DNA from: Dictyostelium discoideum | Taxonomy: Eukaryota | NCBI GenBank assembly: GCA_000004695.1 | Contig: CM000151.3 | Coordinates: 2,528,001-2,592,000 of the forward strand | Length of the DNA stretch: 64,000 bases | Reading direction: 5' to 3' | In this document: piece after piece, positions 27,030 through 40,175 of the stretch | How positions within the stretch are numbered: the first letter of the stretch is position 1 | How the letters are laid out: every line of letters starts with the position of its first letter | Notes under the pieces: generated by a model | Seen by the model: only the letters and a program-made list of their open reading frames with translations | Databases searched by the model: none | Told to the model about the DNA's origin: nothing | Made by a program: the position numbers and the translations under genes

Positions 27030-30000
27030 TTAAAACATTTAATTGAAACTTGTAAAAATCAATTTAAAAATAATGAAAATTCATTTGGTATGATTGATAG
27101 AGAAGAGTTTAATGGATTTGGAGAATTAGTAAATCAAACTATTTCAAATTTAATTGAATATTCATCATGTTTAGAAGTTAAAGCAAAGGAGAATCAATTA
27201 TCATCTCCATTACAAAATCAATTTATAGATGACGATGACGATGATATTATTAAATTATCACAACAATTGGTAGAGGATGCCAATCGTTTAATTGATATTG
27301 TTAATGATATCTTTTCAGATTTAGACGATCCATCACAAAAACAAAAATTTATAAATCATCAAAATTCATTATTAAATCAATTAAATCATACTTTTAATTT
27401 AATCCAAACAAATTCACCAACTTTATCATTACCAGAATTTACAAATGTAAATAATTATATTCAATCACCAATTCCATCACAATATTCAACTTCAAATATT
27501 AAAACAATTTATAATGATAATAATAATAGTAATAATAATAATAATAATAATAGTATTGAAATTAATAATGAAATTAATAATAATAATAATATTGATAAGA
27601 ATGAAAATAATAATTTACTAAATGATTTAATAAGAGGTATTTCTAAAAGTTGTATTGAAGAATTAAGAGCAGCATGTAGAGGTGATCCAATGGCAACTGA
27701 AACAATTTCAAATTCAATTCAACAATTAATACCAATTTTAAATGATACTTTAAATCAACATATAAAGAATAATAATAATATTAATAAAAATGAAAAAGAG
27801 ATTTTAGAAAAATCAATAAATAAATTAAAGAATGATTTAATTCAAAAATATATTCAATCAGCAACATTAGTAACAAGATCATCAGGTAATCAAAATGTAA
27901 AGAATGATGAAATTAATAAAATGATTGAAGGTTTAGAATCAATTCAAGATTGTTTAAATTCAATCGATGGTATAGTTTCAACAAAAGAAGATCAATTTTT
28001 AAATGCAATTAAAGCAAAAGAAGATGTTTTAACCATTTTATCAGATCATTCAATTGCAAATAATACTCAAGCAATAGTTGGTACATTAAAACACTTAGCA
28101 AAGAATCAACATCAAATTGAAGCATTAATAACAAGTACATCAACAACACCAGATGATGATAATAATAATAATAATAATAGTTCAATTAATCCAGAAATTA
28201 ATGAAGCAGTTTCAAAATTATCAGAATTATTACCATTACAAATTCAAGCTGCAAAACTTTACTTAAAAGATTCAACAAATCTTGAAAATAGAAAACAATT
28301 TACTGATATTTCAAATTCAATGAAATTACCATTATCAAAGATTCAATCATTAATGGAACCATCAACAATTTCAGATTCAAATGAATTATTATCAAAACAA
28401 GAAAATTCTTCAAATCAAGTTTTATTAAATAATATCAACAACAATAGTAACAATAATAATAATAATAATATTGAAGAAAATTCAAAACTAATTGATAAAT
28501 TATTAAAAGATTTAGAAAATGATAATGCAAATTTAGTTGGATTAATTGAATCTGAATTAGTATTATCAAATGATACATTATTAAAAGAATTTGTAAAGAA
28601 AACAATTGATCAACTTTTAAAAGAAGTTCAAAATAGAAGAGATATTGGTATGAATAAATTTTCAAAATCACCATTTGATAAGGATGTAAAACAAGAGTTT
28701 TTAAAATCAAATCAATTGATATCAGATTTATCAAAATCATTAATTGATTGTTTGAAATCATTTGAAGTTGTACCATTATTAAAATTACAATTATTAAATT
28801 GCCATCCACAATCGGTTACACCAAATTCACCAAAATTACAATCAACTCAAAAAGATATAAATAATAGAATTAATTCTATAATTTATAATTACAAAGATCA
28901 AATGCTTGATCAACCATTAATTGAAAATCAAATTAAACAATTAGAATCTTATCAAAATCAATTAAATCAAGAATTATCAAAAGATTTAAATGGTTCAAAA
29001 GATAATTTATCATATATTTTAGATAATATAATTAATAATATATCAAATTTATCAAATTTACCATCTTCCTCCACTAATGATGGTGATGGTGGTGGTCGTC
29101 AAGTAATTATACCAATTGAAAATTTAAATGATGAAATTATTGATGGAATTAATGAAGAGATTAATAAAGAGATTATTAAAGAAAATAAAGAAAATGAAAT
29201 TAAAAGAGATAATGAAAGATTAGAAGAATTGAAACAATTGGAAAATCTATCAAATGACCAAAAACTTTTAAAATTATTTAATGATTTAATTCAATATTTA
29301 AAGAATAATGAAGCAAATAAATCAGTTGTTACATTGAAACAATTAATTGGTGAGCAAGATAAACTAATTCAATTGGGTAATGAAATTAAACAAAATTCAA
29401 ATAGTCAAGATTTTAAAGATCAAATTGATTCTTCAATAAATCTATTTAAAAATTCAATATCCTCTTCAATCGCATTGGCTGGTAAAACTGCAAAAATTAA
29501 TGATGATCCACAATTAACAAAAGCTTGTAAAACTGTTAAAAAATCAATAATTGAATTAACAAGATTATTAAAATTAAATCCATTAATTGAAGAATTATCA
29601 TCATATCAACAAGCTTTATTATTAAAACCACACCCAATTAATGAGAATATAATTAAAGGTTTTAAAGAACATCAAATTAATTCAAGATATTATATTGAAA
29701 CTGCTTATCAAGTTGGTAAAGATGATTTAATATCTCAATCAATTGAAAAAATAGTTTATCAACAAAGTGAACTATTGAAATTGGCTTCAAATCATTTGAC
29801 TTCAAAAGAAGTTTCTGAAACCTTGGATCCAAATATTCAATTACTTTTAGCAAATTCCTTGGAAACTGTAAAGAAATCTATCGTTGATCAAGTTGAAGCT
29901 GCTTTATCATTCTTGGAGAGTGAAAAAAGTGATGATCAAATTGAAAAACTTTTAACAATCCTAGATACAGTTTCAGAGAGTGTTGATAATTGTTCAAAAT

Positions 30001-32780
30001 CAATTTTCTTTGCAACTGGTAAAGGTAAACAACAACAAGATTTATCACCAACTACAATCTCTCAAAATACAATTAAACAATCAATAAATTCAATTATACC
30101 AACATTAACATTACAAGCAACACAATTACAATCAAATCCAAATGATAAAGAATTAGAGAAAAAACATCAACAATTATTAGATCAAATTATTCAACCATTA
30201 GAACAATTAATTTTAAATCCAAATATTAATCAAATAATTGATAAAGAAAATATTGAAAATAATAATAATAATAATAACAATGATAATAATAATAATAATG
30301 ATGATGATGATGATGAAGAAGAAGATAAAAAGATTAAAAAATTAATTAATGATGAAAAGAAAGAATTAGATAAATTAGAATCAAATGCATTAGATTCAGA
30401 TTCAAAAGGTGTTGTTGAATCATCAAGATCATTAGTTAAATTACATCAAGAAATATTATCATTAGCAGATTCATTAACAAGTTCAACGGCAGTATTAATT
30501 GATGCTAATCAAAATAATGCAGATTTTGAAAGAAATTTAATAATTAAAGAATGTTCAAAAGAATTATCAACATTAATACCATTACAATTACAAACTATTA
30601 AATCAATGTTACAATCAAAAGATATACCAACCGAAGCATCCTATCAAAAGAAAGTTGGTTTCATTAATAATCAAATTAAAAGAAACTTAAATGAAATTGA
30701 AAAACAATCTTCAAATAATAATTCAAATTATAAATTAATTTCTAAAACACCTTATTACTCTGACCAATTTAAAAAACTTTCAAATAAAATCGATAATAAT
30801 GGTATGTTAATTAAAGATGAAAATCAATTTAAAGTAAATTTAAAACGTTTAGAGAAATTGGCTGGAAAATGTATAGATTCTTCAAATTTCGATTTATCAA
30901 GACAACAATCTTATTTAGATAAAGAAAGACAACAAAGAATTAGAGATGCAATTAATAAATTAGAAAATAAATTAAATGGTAAAAATAATGATTCCACCGA
31001 TGATTTATCAAATAAAATTAATCAATATTTAAAACAACCCCTAAATCCAATTTCAAGAGAACAATTTGAAAAAGTTAGATCACAATTCCAACAAACTTTA
31101 GATAATTTAATTAATGAACAATTATCAACACCATTACAATTATTATTAAATCATTCAAATTTAATTCAAAAATTATCAAGACAATCAACTCAACAACCAA
31201 TTAATAATAATAATAATGCTAATAATAATGTAAAAATTCAAGAAACTACAAAAAAAATTTTAGAAAATTATTCAAAATTAAAACAACAATTAATTAATAA
31301 TGATATAAAATTAAATGAAAGTAAAAAATTAATAATTGGTAAATCATTAAAAGAAATTGAAACTTTAACACCTCAATTAATTGTTGCATCAAATAATTGT
31401 TTAAATGATAATAATAATGATCAAAAGAAGAGAGAATTATTAGAGAATTTACAAACTAAAATTGAATCACCAATTTATGAAATTTTAAATCAATTAGATT
31501 CAATTGATCCTATATTCCAATTTAAAAATGCAATTAAACAATATCAAGCAACTTTAATTAAATTAAATGATTCAATTGATGTTTCAACAGTGACCAATGA
31601 TAATTCAAAACAAATTGATGAATATATTTCAAAACTATCAAATTTACAATCAAATCATTTAATACCATTATTGAAACAACAAGGTTTAAATGAAAAAGAA
31701 TTAAAAGAATTTGAATCACAATTGAAATCTAAATTATCTGATGTTAACTCAATTTCAAAAGATTATTTAAAGAATTTGAAACAGTCTAAATTGACAGACA
31801 CAATTAAAGCTGAGAAGGATATGTCAATCTCTTCACTTTGTAATTTAATAAATTCAATTCAAAGTATTAATCAACCAAAGATTGAAGATAATCGTATCAA
31901 ACTATCACAATCCTCTCAATCAAAATCAAAAGATATTAAACAATTGGTTGATTCAATTAAGTCAAATAATCTATTGCCAATTGTTGAATCACCAAATAAA
32001 ATTGAACGTTATGTTTCAATTCAAACAAATTCAACTAAACCAATATTTTCATCATCATCATCAAATAATGGTAAAATCATTTCAACAGCTCAAGTAAATT
32101 ATAAACCAAGATCATCTTCACAACCTCAAAAACCAATTTTAACAAATACAAATAATATTACAATTACAAAACCAATTAGACCAATTGAAACTAGAGTACC
32201 AATTAAATTAACAACTCAACCTCAATCTACAAATCCTAAAACTGTACCACCAACAACAACTACTACTACAGAAGCAACTACAACAGCAACAAAACCAATA
32301 CCAAATAAAACACCACAACCAATTAATACTTTTAAACCAAGTGATAAAGGTGCATCATTAGAAGATTCATGTATTAATGCAGCAAATCAAATGTCAAATA
32401 TATCAGGTAATGAACAACTTGGTACAATTGGTAAAGAATTGGAAGCTTATGCAAATGCAATTAAAATTGGTGATAAAAAACAAATTTTATTATGTGGTAG
32501 AAATATATCTATACTTTTAAATAAATATTCAACAGAGGTTTCAAATAATATTAAATCAACTCCAACTTCAAATAAAATGTTACAAACAAGATGTAGTCAT
32601 GGTATTGGTGTTTTACAAACACTAAGTTGTCAATTTAAAATTTTATCAAGTGTTAAAGCTGCTTCTGATGAAAAAGATTCTGACTCTGATTCACAATTAA
32701 CTTCAATGGTTAATCAATTAACTTCAACTTTATTAGATTTAAATACAAGTACAAGTACTTTAAACAAATTTAAAAAGTAA
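26330..32780 (+). CDS. Vinculin/alpha-catenin-family protein (~2,030 aa); 4 exons: 26330..26345, 26455..26555, 26642..26913, 27029..32780
   Basis: Three short upstream exons, each with a GT(A/T)… donor and a …(c)ag acceptor, join in frame to the 1896-aa ORF. N-terminus: …QQMLEQLSENVSQLILTVLELKDKNANLPVVEVV|TAIANAASSISDIAIKLADAEY…KILKVIYDADIKR|LKHLIETCKNQF…. This resembles the vinculin head (…ISHLVIMHEE…AAVSNLVRVGKE…EAEVRKIIRVCKGILEYL). C-terminus: '…TRCSHGIGVLQTLSCQFKILSSVKAASDEKDSDSDSQLTSMVNQLTSTLLDL…', which parallels the vinculin tail '…[23 protein letters not shown]…[23 protein letters not shown]'. A huge N/Q/S-rich helical middle region lies between. Confidence 0.7.
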
Positions 32781-34085
32781 AAAAATAAAAAAAAATAAAT
32801 AAATAAAAAAAATAAAAATAATAAATAATAAAAATAATTTTAAAATAATAAATAATAAAAATAATTTTTCTAAACAAAAAAAAAAATAAAAATAAAAATA
32901 AAAAAAATAATAATAATAATAATTATTAAACAGAAAAAATAAGGAAAAAGTTTGACCATAATTTTTAAAACTCCTAGTAATTTGTTTTTTGTGTTTAACA
33001 GGTTGGTAATAATAAAAGAAAAAAAAAAAAAAAATTAAGTAATTATTTAATCTCAGATCAAAATAATTTGGTGAATGAAATGAAAAGAATAAAGATAAAA
33101 CAAGTATTTAAAAAAAAAAAAAAAAAAAAAAAATCTAATATAAATTAAACTTTTTATTATTTTTCTTCTTTTTTTTTTTTTTATTTTTTTTTTTAATCGT
33201 TTCTTTTATAAAATTTTATTTAAAATATCCAATTTTTAAATTTTTTTTTATTATAATTTTAAAAATAAAATGTGAATGAAAATTCGTCATTTTGAAAGTA
33301 AAAGGTCATTTAAAGTTCCAATTAAAAGAAAAATAATAATAAAAAGATTTTTTAGATAAATTAATTTTTTTTTTTTTTTCTATTCTATTTATTATTTGTT
33401 CTTTTAATAATTAATTTTTTTTTTTTTTTTTCATTGTGTGGTAAGATTCAGTAATATTTTTTCAATTGGATTTCATTTTTTTTTTCCTTTCGAAAGATAT
33501 ACATTTTGAATCATAATTTTTTAAATAGATAATTTTACGGCGAATGGGATTCAAAATGGCATGCAGGTGCTTTTTTTTTTTTTTTTTTTTTTTGCTTGTT
33601 ATTTTTAGATTATTAAAAAAATAAGAAACGGGGAAATTTTTTTTTTTTTTTTTTTCATAAAGATATTTTTTATAATCCCGAAAATAAAAAAAAAAAAAAA
33701 ATTTGGTTTCATGTTCCACCTGAATTCCCACCATCATATGATTAAATGTTGCTATTTAATATTTTATTTTATTTTTTATTATTTTTTTTTTTTTTTTTTT
33801 TTTTCTTTTATTTTTTTTATTTTACCTTTTTTTTTTTTTTTTTTTTTCTTTTTTTAATTCATACCTATCTTTCCACATAATTTTTTTTTTTATTTATTTA
33901 AAAATAAAATAAAAAAAATTAAATTAATTGTAAAGTAAAAAAAAAAAAAAAAGTAATTACTTAAATAAAAATATCTTTTTTTTTTAAAAAAATAAAATCC
34001 AAAATATAAAATATTAATAAAAAAAAAAAAAAAAAAAAAAAAATCTAAATATAAATAAAATTTAAAAAAAAATTATAGATAAAAA

Positions 34086-36867
34086 ATGGGTAAAGGAAGT
34101 GGAGCTCCTTTAAAGGAGAAAGTTTATCCATCTGTTATGTATGGAAATATTAAACCAATTAGAAAACAACCAAAATCATTACCAAAAGAATTAACTATTG
34201 ATCAAATTTTACAATCTCTTCCAAAAGAAGTTTTTGAAACAAGTAATTTTAAATCAGCATGTTCACTTTTAATAACAATCTTATTCATTGGTTTAAGTGC
34301 AACATTCATTACTCTCATGCCATCTTACTTAACCCCAATTGGTTGGATGTTAATGGGTGCCTCAGTTACTGGTGTAAGTAATACAATTATTATTCATTCA
34401 TTTTTTATTATTTCCATTTTCACTTTTTTTTTATTTTTTTTAAACAAAATTTTTTTTTTTTTTTTTTTTCTGAAAGTGACTTGAAATTTTCAAGTGGGAA
34501 AAAAAAAAAACCGTCACAGTTCCAGACTACCAAATTTTTTTTTTCAATCACAATGATTGTTATTTTATTTTTTTTTTGATTACCATCAAAAAAAAAAAAG
34601 CACCCATTTTACAAAAACAAAAAAAAAAAAAAAATAATAATTAAAAATAATTAAAATTTTTTTTTTTTATTTGCATCTTTTTTTTTTTTTTTCCAAAATA
34701 TCTAATCACTAACCCAACAAAACTTTTTTTTTATTTTTTATTTTTTTTTTTTTTTTAATATCTTTTAAAATATGACAACCTCTCACACTAATAGTTAATG
34801 GTAATTGGTAATGATTGTATTCATAAAACTTTTTCAAAGAATCCATTAGTTAATTCAATTATTGGAACAATTGTAATGTTACCATTGTTATATCCATTCC
34901 AATCTTACAAGATTTCAGAAAAGAATAATGCAGAAAAGAAATCGACAGCTGTTTTAAATGGTGAACAATTCAAGATTAATGCACATACCACAACCGAAAG
35001 TACAAATCCAATTAGACAATGGGCAACTGGTAAATTCTTTTGGATTTTATCAATTATTAATTGGTCTGAAAATTATTTCTCAACTAAAAATTTATCAGAT
35101 AAAAAAGATAAAACCAAAGCAATCGTTTCAATTGCAATTGTTTACATTTTTGGATTTATTTTCTTCCCAATGATGTTTAAATTTGTAGGTGTAAGTGGAT
35201 TCCTTAATTATTGGTTCGCACCATGGTTAGTTTTACATTTCTTACTTTCAACTGCTTCATTATTACCATCAATTCCATTTTATGAAGAATTACAAGTTGC
35301 TTCAAAATTAGAAAAATCAAATAATAATAATAACAATAACAAAGGTGATAAGAAATCATCTGAAGTTGAAAAATATTTAGTACATATTACATATCCACAA
35401 TGGTTTGAATTTATTGTTAAAGATATTAATTTTTCATTACCAAGACAAATTGCAGTTTCAATTCCACATTATAATCTAAGAAAAGCTTATAATTCATTTA
35501 AAAAGAGTTGGGGTGAATATATTTATGAATGTACATTTGAAACTGAATTATTTAAAGAATTAATTATCCGTAGTGAAAACTTTTCAAATGAAATTTTCTC
35601 ACCATTTGATTCAGCTCCATTGGTACCAGATCAAGAAAAGAAAGCAGAAGCAACCGCTGAAGCCGTTTCAAATAGTCGTACAAGTCGTACTGTTAAAGAA
35701 TTTTTAAAATCAATCAATTGGTTACATGTTATCATTTTAATTGGTATTCCATTCATTGGTCTCTATGGTCTAATTAATGTAGAGTGTTCATTGAAAACAT
35801 TTATTTGGTCATTTATTTATTATCATTTCACTGGTATGGGTATTACAGCAGGTTATCATAGACTTTGGGCTCATAAGGCTTATAGTGCAGTTTTACCAGT
35901 TCGTATTATCTTGTTGCTATTTGGTGCAGGTGCTGTCGAAGGTTCATGTCGTTGGTGGTCAAGAGATCATCGTGCTCATCATCGTTATCTCGATACTGAT
36001 AAAGATCCATATTCAGCTTCATTGGGTTTCTGGCATTCCCATTTCATTTGGTTAATGTTCAAACAAGATCCAAAGAAAATCGGTAGAGCAAACATTGACG
36101 ACCTTAACGCCGATCCATGGGTTATGTGGCAACATAAACATTACATTAAAATCGCCACTTTTATGGGTCTCGTTTTCCCAACATTGGTAGCTGGTTTAGG
36201 TTGGGGTGATTGGGCTGGTGGTTATTTCTACTCTGGTGTACTTCGTCTCGTTACAGTTCAACATTCCACATTCTTGGTCAATTCATTGGCTCATTATTTA
36301 GGTGACTCTCCATACGATGATGAACATACTCCAAAGGATTCAGTTGTGACTGCTATATTAACATTTGGTGAAGGTTATCATAACTTCCATCATGAATTCC
36401 CAAATGACTATAGAAACGCTTATAAATTCTATCAATATGATCCAACTAAATGGTTGATCTCTGCAATGTATTATTTAGGCTTGGCTTATGATTTGAAAAC
36501 TTTCTCCAAAAATGAAATTGAAAAAGGTATGATTCAAATGCACCAAAAACATTTAGACGCAAAGAAACAATCAATCTATTGGGGTATCAATAAAGAAGAT
36601 TTACCATCAATGACAATCGATGAATTTAATAATTTGGTTGAAAAAGAAAATAAAAAGTTAATGATAATCAACAAAACCGTATTAGATGTCGAATCTTTTG
36701 TTAATGATCACCCAGGTGGTTTAGCTTACATTAAAATGGGTATTGGTAAAGATGCAACTTCAATGTTTACTGGTGAAGTTTATGCTCATTCAAATGCTGC
36801 TAAAAATTTATTATGTCAATTTTCAATTGCTAAAATTGTTGATAATCATGATAAAAAACAACAATAA
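34086..36867 (+). CDS. Tri-domain desaturase fusion: degenerate FAD2-type desaturase domain + Delta9 (stearoyl-CoA) desaturase + cytochrome b5; 2 exons: 34086..34373, 34795..36867
   Basis: Exon 1 (MGKGSGAPLKEK…LPKEVFETSNFKS…PIGWMLMGASVTG) matches the FAD2/Delta12 N-terminus. Donor GGT|gtaagt, a 421-bp intron, acceptor ctaatag|. Exon 2 continues 'LMVIGNDCIHKTFS…YKISEKNNA…PRQIAVSIPHYNLRKAYNSFKKSWGEYIYE', which aligns with FAD2 'IWVIAHECGHHAFS…WKYSHRRHH…[32 protein letters not shown]' but with all three His boxes substituted. Then comes an intact Delta9 desaturase (HRLWAHKAY; RDHRAHHRY; GYHNFHHEFP) and a C-terminal cytochrome b5 (HPGG…). There is no stop codon between the domains. Confidence 0.8.
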
Positions 36868-37064
36868 TCAAAAAAACAAACAACTTTTAAAATTGGATTA
36901 AACCCCTAATTTTAATTTAATTAAGTTTATAATATTTTAAAATATTATATAATTTAGTTCACTCAAAAATCAATATTCAATAATAATTTTTTTATCTATA
37001 TATCCAATAATTTTTTTTTTCTATTTTTTCTTTATTTTCACAATTCATAATAATTATAACAAAA

Positions 37065-37099
<35 letters not shown>

Positions 37100-37765
37100 G
37101 TTTTTCTTTTTTTTTTTTTTAAAACCAATATTTTATAAAATTCCTCATCCCATCAATATCATAATGTAAACATATAATAAAGTAATAATAAAAAAAAAAA
37201 AAAAACATTGATTTTAAAAATCTTGTTTTAATTATTAGAAAATTCAAATTTGTCATTCAAATGGGTTAATTTTATTTATTTATTATATATCGTGTGAGAT
37301 TTTTTGGATTTAAAAATTTTTTTTTTTTTTATATTAATAATCATTTTTATTTAATCATCTCACCATCACTTTTTATCAAAAAAAAAAAAAAAAAAATATA
37401 ATTATTAATTTGTTGTGGTGAATTGTGTGTTGAAAAAAAAGATTGGATTTTATATTTTTTTTCATAATTTTTTAAAAGAATATTGATTAAATATAGAAAT
37501 CCTAAATAAGTAATCAATATTCTTTTTCAACCTATTTTTTTTTTTTTTTTTTAAAAAAAGTTTTGGTAAAATTAATTGAAATAATTCTATTACTAGATGA
37601 ATGGCTTTTTTTTTTTTTTTTCAAATAAACAAATAAAAAAAAAAAAAATTATAATATTACAATTTAAAAAATTTAAGTATTTAAATCAATTGAATAAATT
37701 TTTATTTTTTTAATTTCAATTCCTAAATAAACAATAAAAAATAAATCAAAAAAAAAAAAAAAACA

Positions 37766-38563
37766 ATGTATATTTCTAAATTTTTACTATTATCATTAAT
37801 TTCAATGATTTCAATTTCTTTAATTAATTCTCATGGGTATGCAATTTATCCAATGGCTCGCCAACAAAAGTAATTATTTATTTTTTCATTTTTTTTTTAT
37901 TCCAATAAAATATCAATTTATTAAATTTTTTTTTTTTTTAAAATAAGATGTCCAAAAGGTAATATTTGGTGGCCAGAGGATGGATCTGGTATTACTGATG
38001 CTGCATGTCGTTCAGCTTTTCAATTTGTAAAAGCAAAAGGAAATAATCCACAATATCAATTTATTCAATCAAATGAATTTTCAGTTTTAATTCCAAATTA
38101 TGCTCAAGGAGCAAGTGCTTTAAAAGCAGCAGTACCAAATTCATTATGTTCAGCATATGCAACTACATCATCAAATGATAAAAGTGGAATGTCAATTGTT
38201 GCACCATGGACACCAACAATTATTCCAACAACTGCAAATGCTGTAAATGTTAGTTTCACTTATAAATTCTGTGCAACTGCTTCTCATAATCCAAATTTCT
38301 GGGAATTCTATGTTAGTAAACCAGGTTTCAACCCAACCACAACTCCATTAACATGGGATCATTTAACATTATTCCAAAGTTTCCCAAATACTGCAAGTGT
38401 TTCAATTAGTGATCCATCATGTTCTTCAACATCTGCTTATATTTTTAATTTAAATATGCCAACTCGTTTCTCAAATGCAATTTTATTAGTGCGTTGGCAA
38501 AGAGTTGACCCAGTTGGTGAGTGTTTTATTAATTGTAGTGATTTTAAATGTGTAGCATAAAAA
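37766..38563 (+). CDS. Secreted lytic polysaccharide monooxygenase-like protein (AA10/CBP21-like histidine-brace fold); 2 exons: 37766..37869, 37948..38563
   Basis: Signal peptide MYISKFLLLSLISMISISLINS, then mature N-terminus 'HGYAIYPMARQQ' (His1). Donor AA|gtaatt, a 78-bp intron, acceptor aaataag|. Exon 2: CPKGNIWW…FCATASHNPNFWEFYVSKPGFNPTTTPLTWDHLTL… parallels CBP21 '[30 protein letters not shown]' (second His of the brace), and '…SNAILLVRWQRVDPVGECFINCSDF' parallels '[26 protein letters not shown]'. Confidence 0.65.
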
Positions 38564-38699
38564 AAAAAAAAAAAAAAGAAATAATTATTTTATACATTTT
38601 ATTTCTTTATTTGTAATTTTATAATTTAATAACTTTTTATATATATATTTTTTTTAAAAATAAATAAATAAATAAATATTCTCTTATTTTTATAATTAA

Positions 38700-40175
38700 T
38701 TAATTAATTAATAAAGCATATAGTAATTTACAACCTTTTGGTAATGAATTTAAATCTAATAATTCTCTTTTATATAATTCAGAAATTGTTAATTCAGTAC
38801 AAGTATTTGGTATAACATTATTTGAAATTGAATGATTTTGAAATTGTGAACTTAAAATAATCTTTTTACAACCATTTGGAATTGAAAATGGCTCAATTGG
38901 TGCATTGAAAAATAAAAATTCTAAAGTTTCAAGTGATGATGGTAATATACCAATGGTCAATGGTGATTTATTTAAATTACTATAGATTAAATGTTTGATT
39001 GAGTTTGGGAATATACCAGGCTCAACTATTTGATTAAATTCTCTACCAAGTTTTAAATAAGTTAATGTCGATGGTAAACTATTTGATTGAAATTTTTTAT
39101 TATAAAAATAACCAAATGATAAACTCTCAATACCATCATTCAAAGTATATGGCTTCAATTCCTGATTAAATCTAGCACCAAATACTAATTTCTTAATTGA
39201 CTTGAATGTACTCAATTCAATAGGTTGATTAAATTCACTACCAAATGTAATTTCAGTAATATTGTCAATAGAATTTGGTAAAATTGGTTTATTATATTTA
39301 TAAGCTAAATTTAAAATTTTTAAAGATTTTGGAAAATCTTTATATTGAACATCATAGTAATCTGATAATGTCAATTTTTCAATATATTTCAAATTTGAAA
39401 TTTCAATTTGTTTTGTTTGTAGTGGGCCCATTATTAAAACTTTTAAACTTTCTGGTAACTCATCTGATTTAATATTTTGATCATAATTTCCCAATGTTAA
39501 ACTAGTTATACTATTTGGTAAATCACCTTTTTTAATTGGAAAATTGTAATTTTCTGAAATTATTAATTTTTTTAAAGAGTTTGGTAAAACTCCTTCTTTA
39601 AATTTAATATTATACTTATACCCTAAATTTAAAGAGGTTAATGAGTTTGGCAATGATCCAATTTTAATTTCAGTATTAAACGATGGCGAATTTCTAAAAT
39701 CAATTAATTTAACACTATTTGGAATTGAGTTTACTAGTATTGGTTTATTGAATAAATGACTAAAATAAATATTTTTTAAATTTTTTGGTAAAACACCACA
39801 ATCAATGGATTGATTAAATTGTATGCCCAAGTCAAGGGTTGTAAGCGAATTTGGTAAAACTCTAGCACTAATTCTTGTATCAAATGCTACACCAAAATCA
39901 ATTGTTGAAACATTGTTTGGAATATCACCTTCTTCTAATAAATCATTGAAATGATCAACAAATTTAATTGTTCTAATATATTCTCTATATTTATGTTCTC
40001 TTAATTGTTTTATTTCTTTAATATTTTGAATATCATATTTTGATATTAAAATTGCATCTTGCCATATCTTTTTTTTTAATACAATATTTCTCCAAATTTT
40101 AAAAAATAATATTGAATTATCATCATTTAATTGATTAATAATTGTAAATTCATTATATTTTGAAAGTACAACCAT
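38700..40175 (-). CDS. FNIP-repeat protein, 491 aa
   Basis: About 20 tandem ~22-aa FNIP repeats (…LPNSLTSLNLGYKYNIKFKEGVLPNSLKKLIISENYNFPIKKGDLPNSITSLTLG…) after an F-box-like N-terminus. Typical Dictyostelium family; single exon. Confidence 0.8.
   Translation of the reverse strand: MVVLSKYNEFTIINQLNDDNSILFFKIWRNIVLKKKIWQDAILISKYDIQNIKEIKQLREHKYREYIRTIKFVDHFNDLLEEGDIPNNVSTIDFGVAFDTRISARVLPNSLTTLDLGIQFNQSIDCGVLPKNLKNIYFSHLFNKPILVNSIPNSVKLIDFRNSPSFNTEIKIGSLPNSLTSLNLGYKYNIKFKEGVLPNSLKKLIISENYNFPIKKGDLPNSITSLTLGNYDQNIKSDELPESLKVLIMGPLQTKQIEISNLKYIEKLTLSDYYDVQYKDFPKSLKILNLAYKYNKPILPNSIDNITEITFGSEFNQPIELSTFKSIKKLVFGARFNQELKPYTLNDGIESLSFGYFYNKKFQSNSLPSTLTYLKLGREFNQIVEPGIFPNSIKHLIYSNLNKSPLTIGILPSSLETLEFLFFNAPIEPFSIPNGCKKIILSSQFQNHSISNNVIPNTCTELTISELYKRELLDLNSLPKGCKLLYALLIN

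Noticed and set aside
33530-33575. GC-rich patch 'ggcgaatgggattcaaaatggcatgcaggtgc' in intergenic DNA
   Set aside because: It could be a small RNA or a promoter element. There is no secondary-structure or motif evidence, and the overlapping ORF 33462..33737 is poly-K/F junk.
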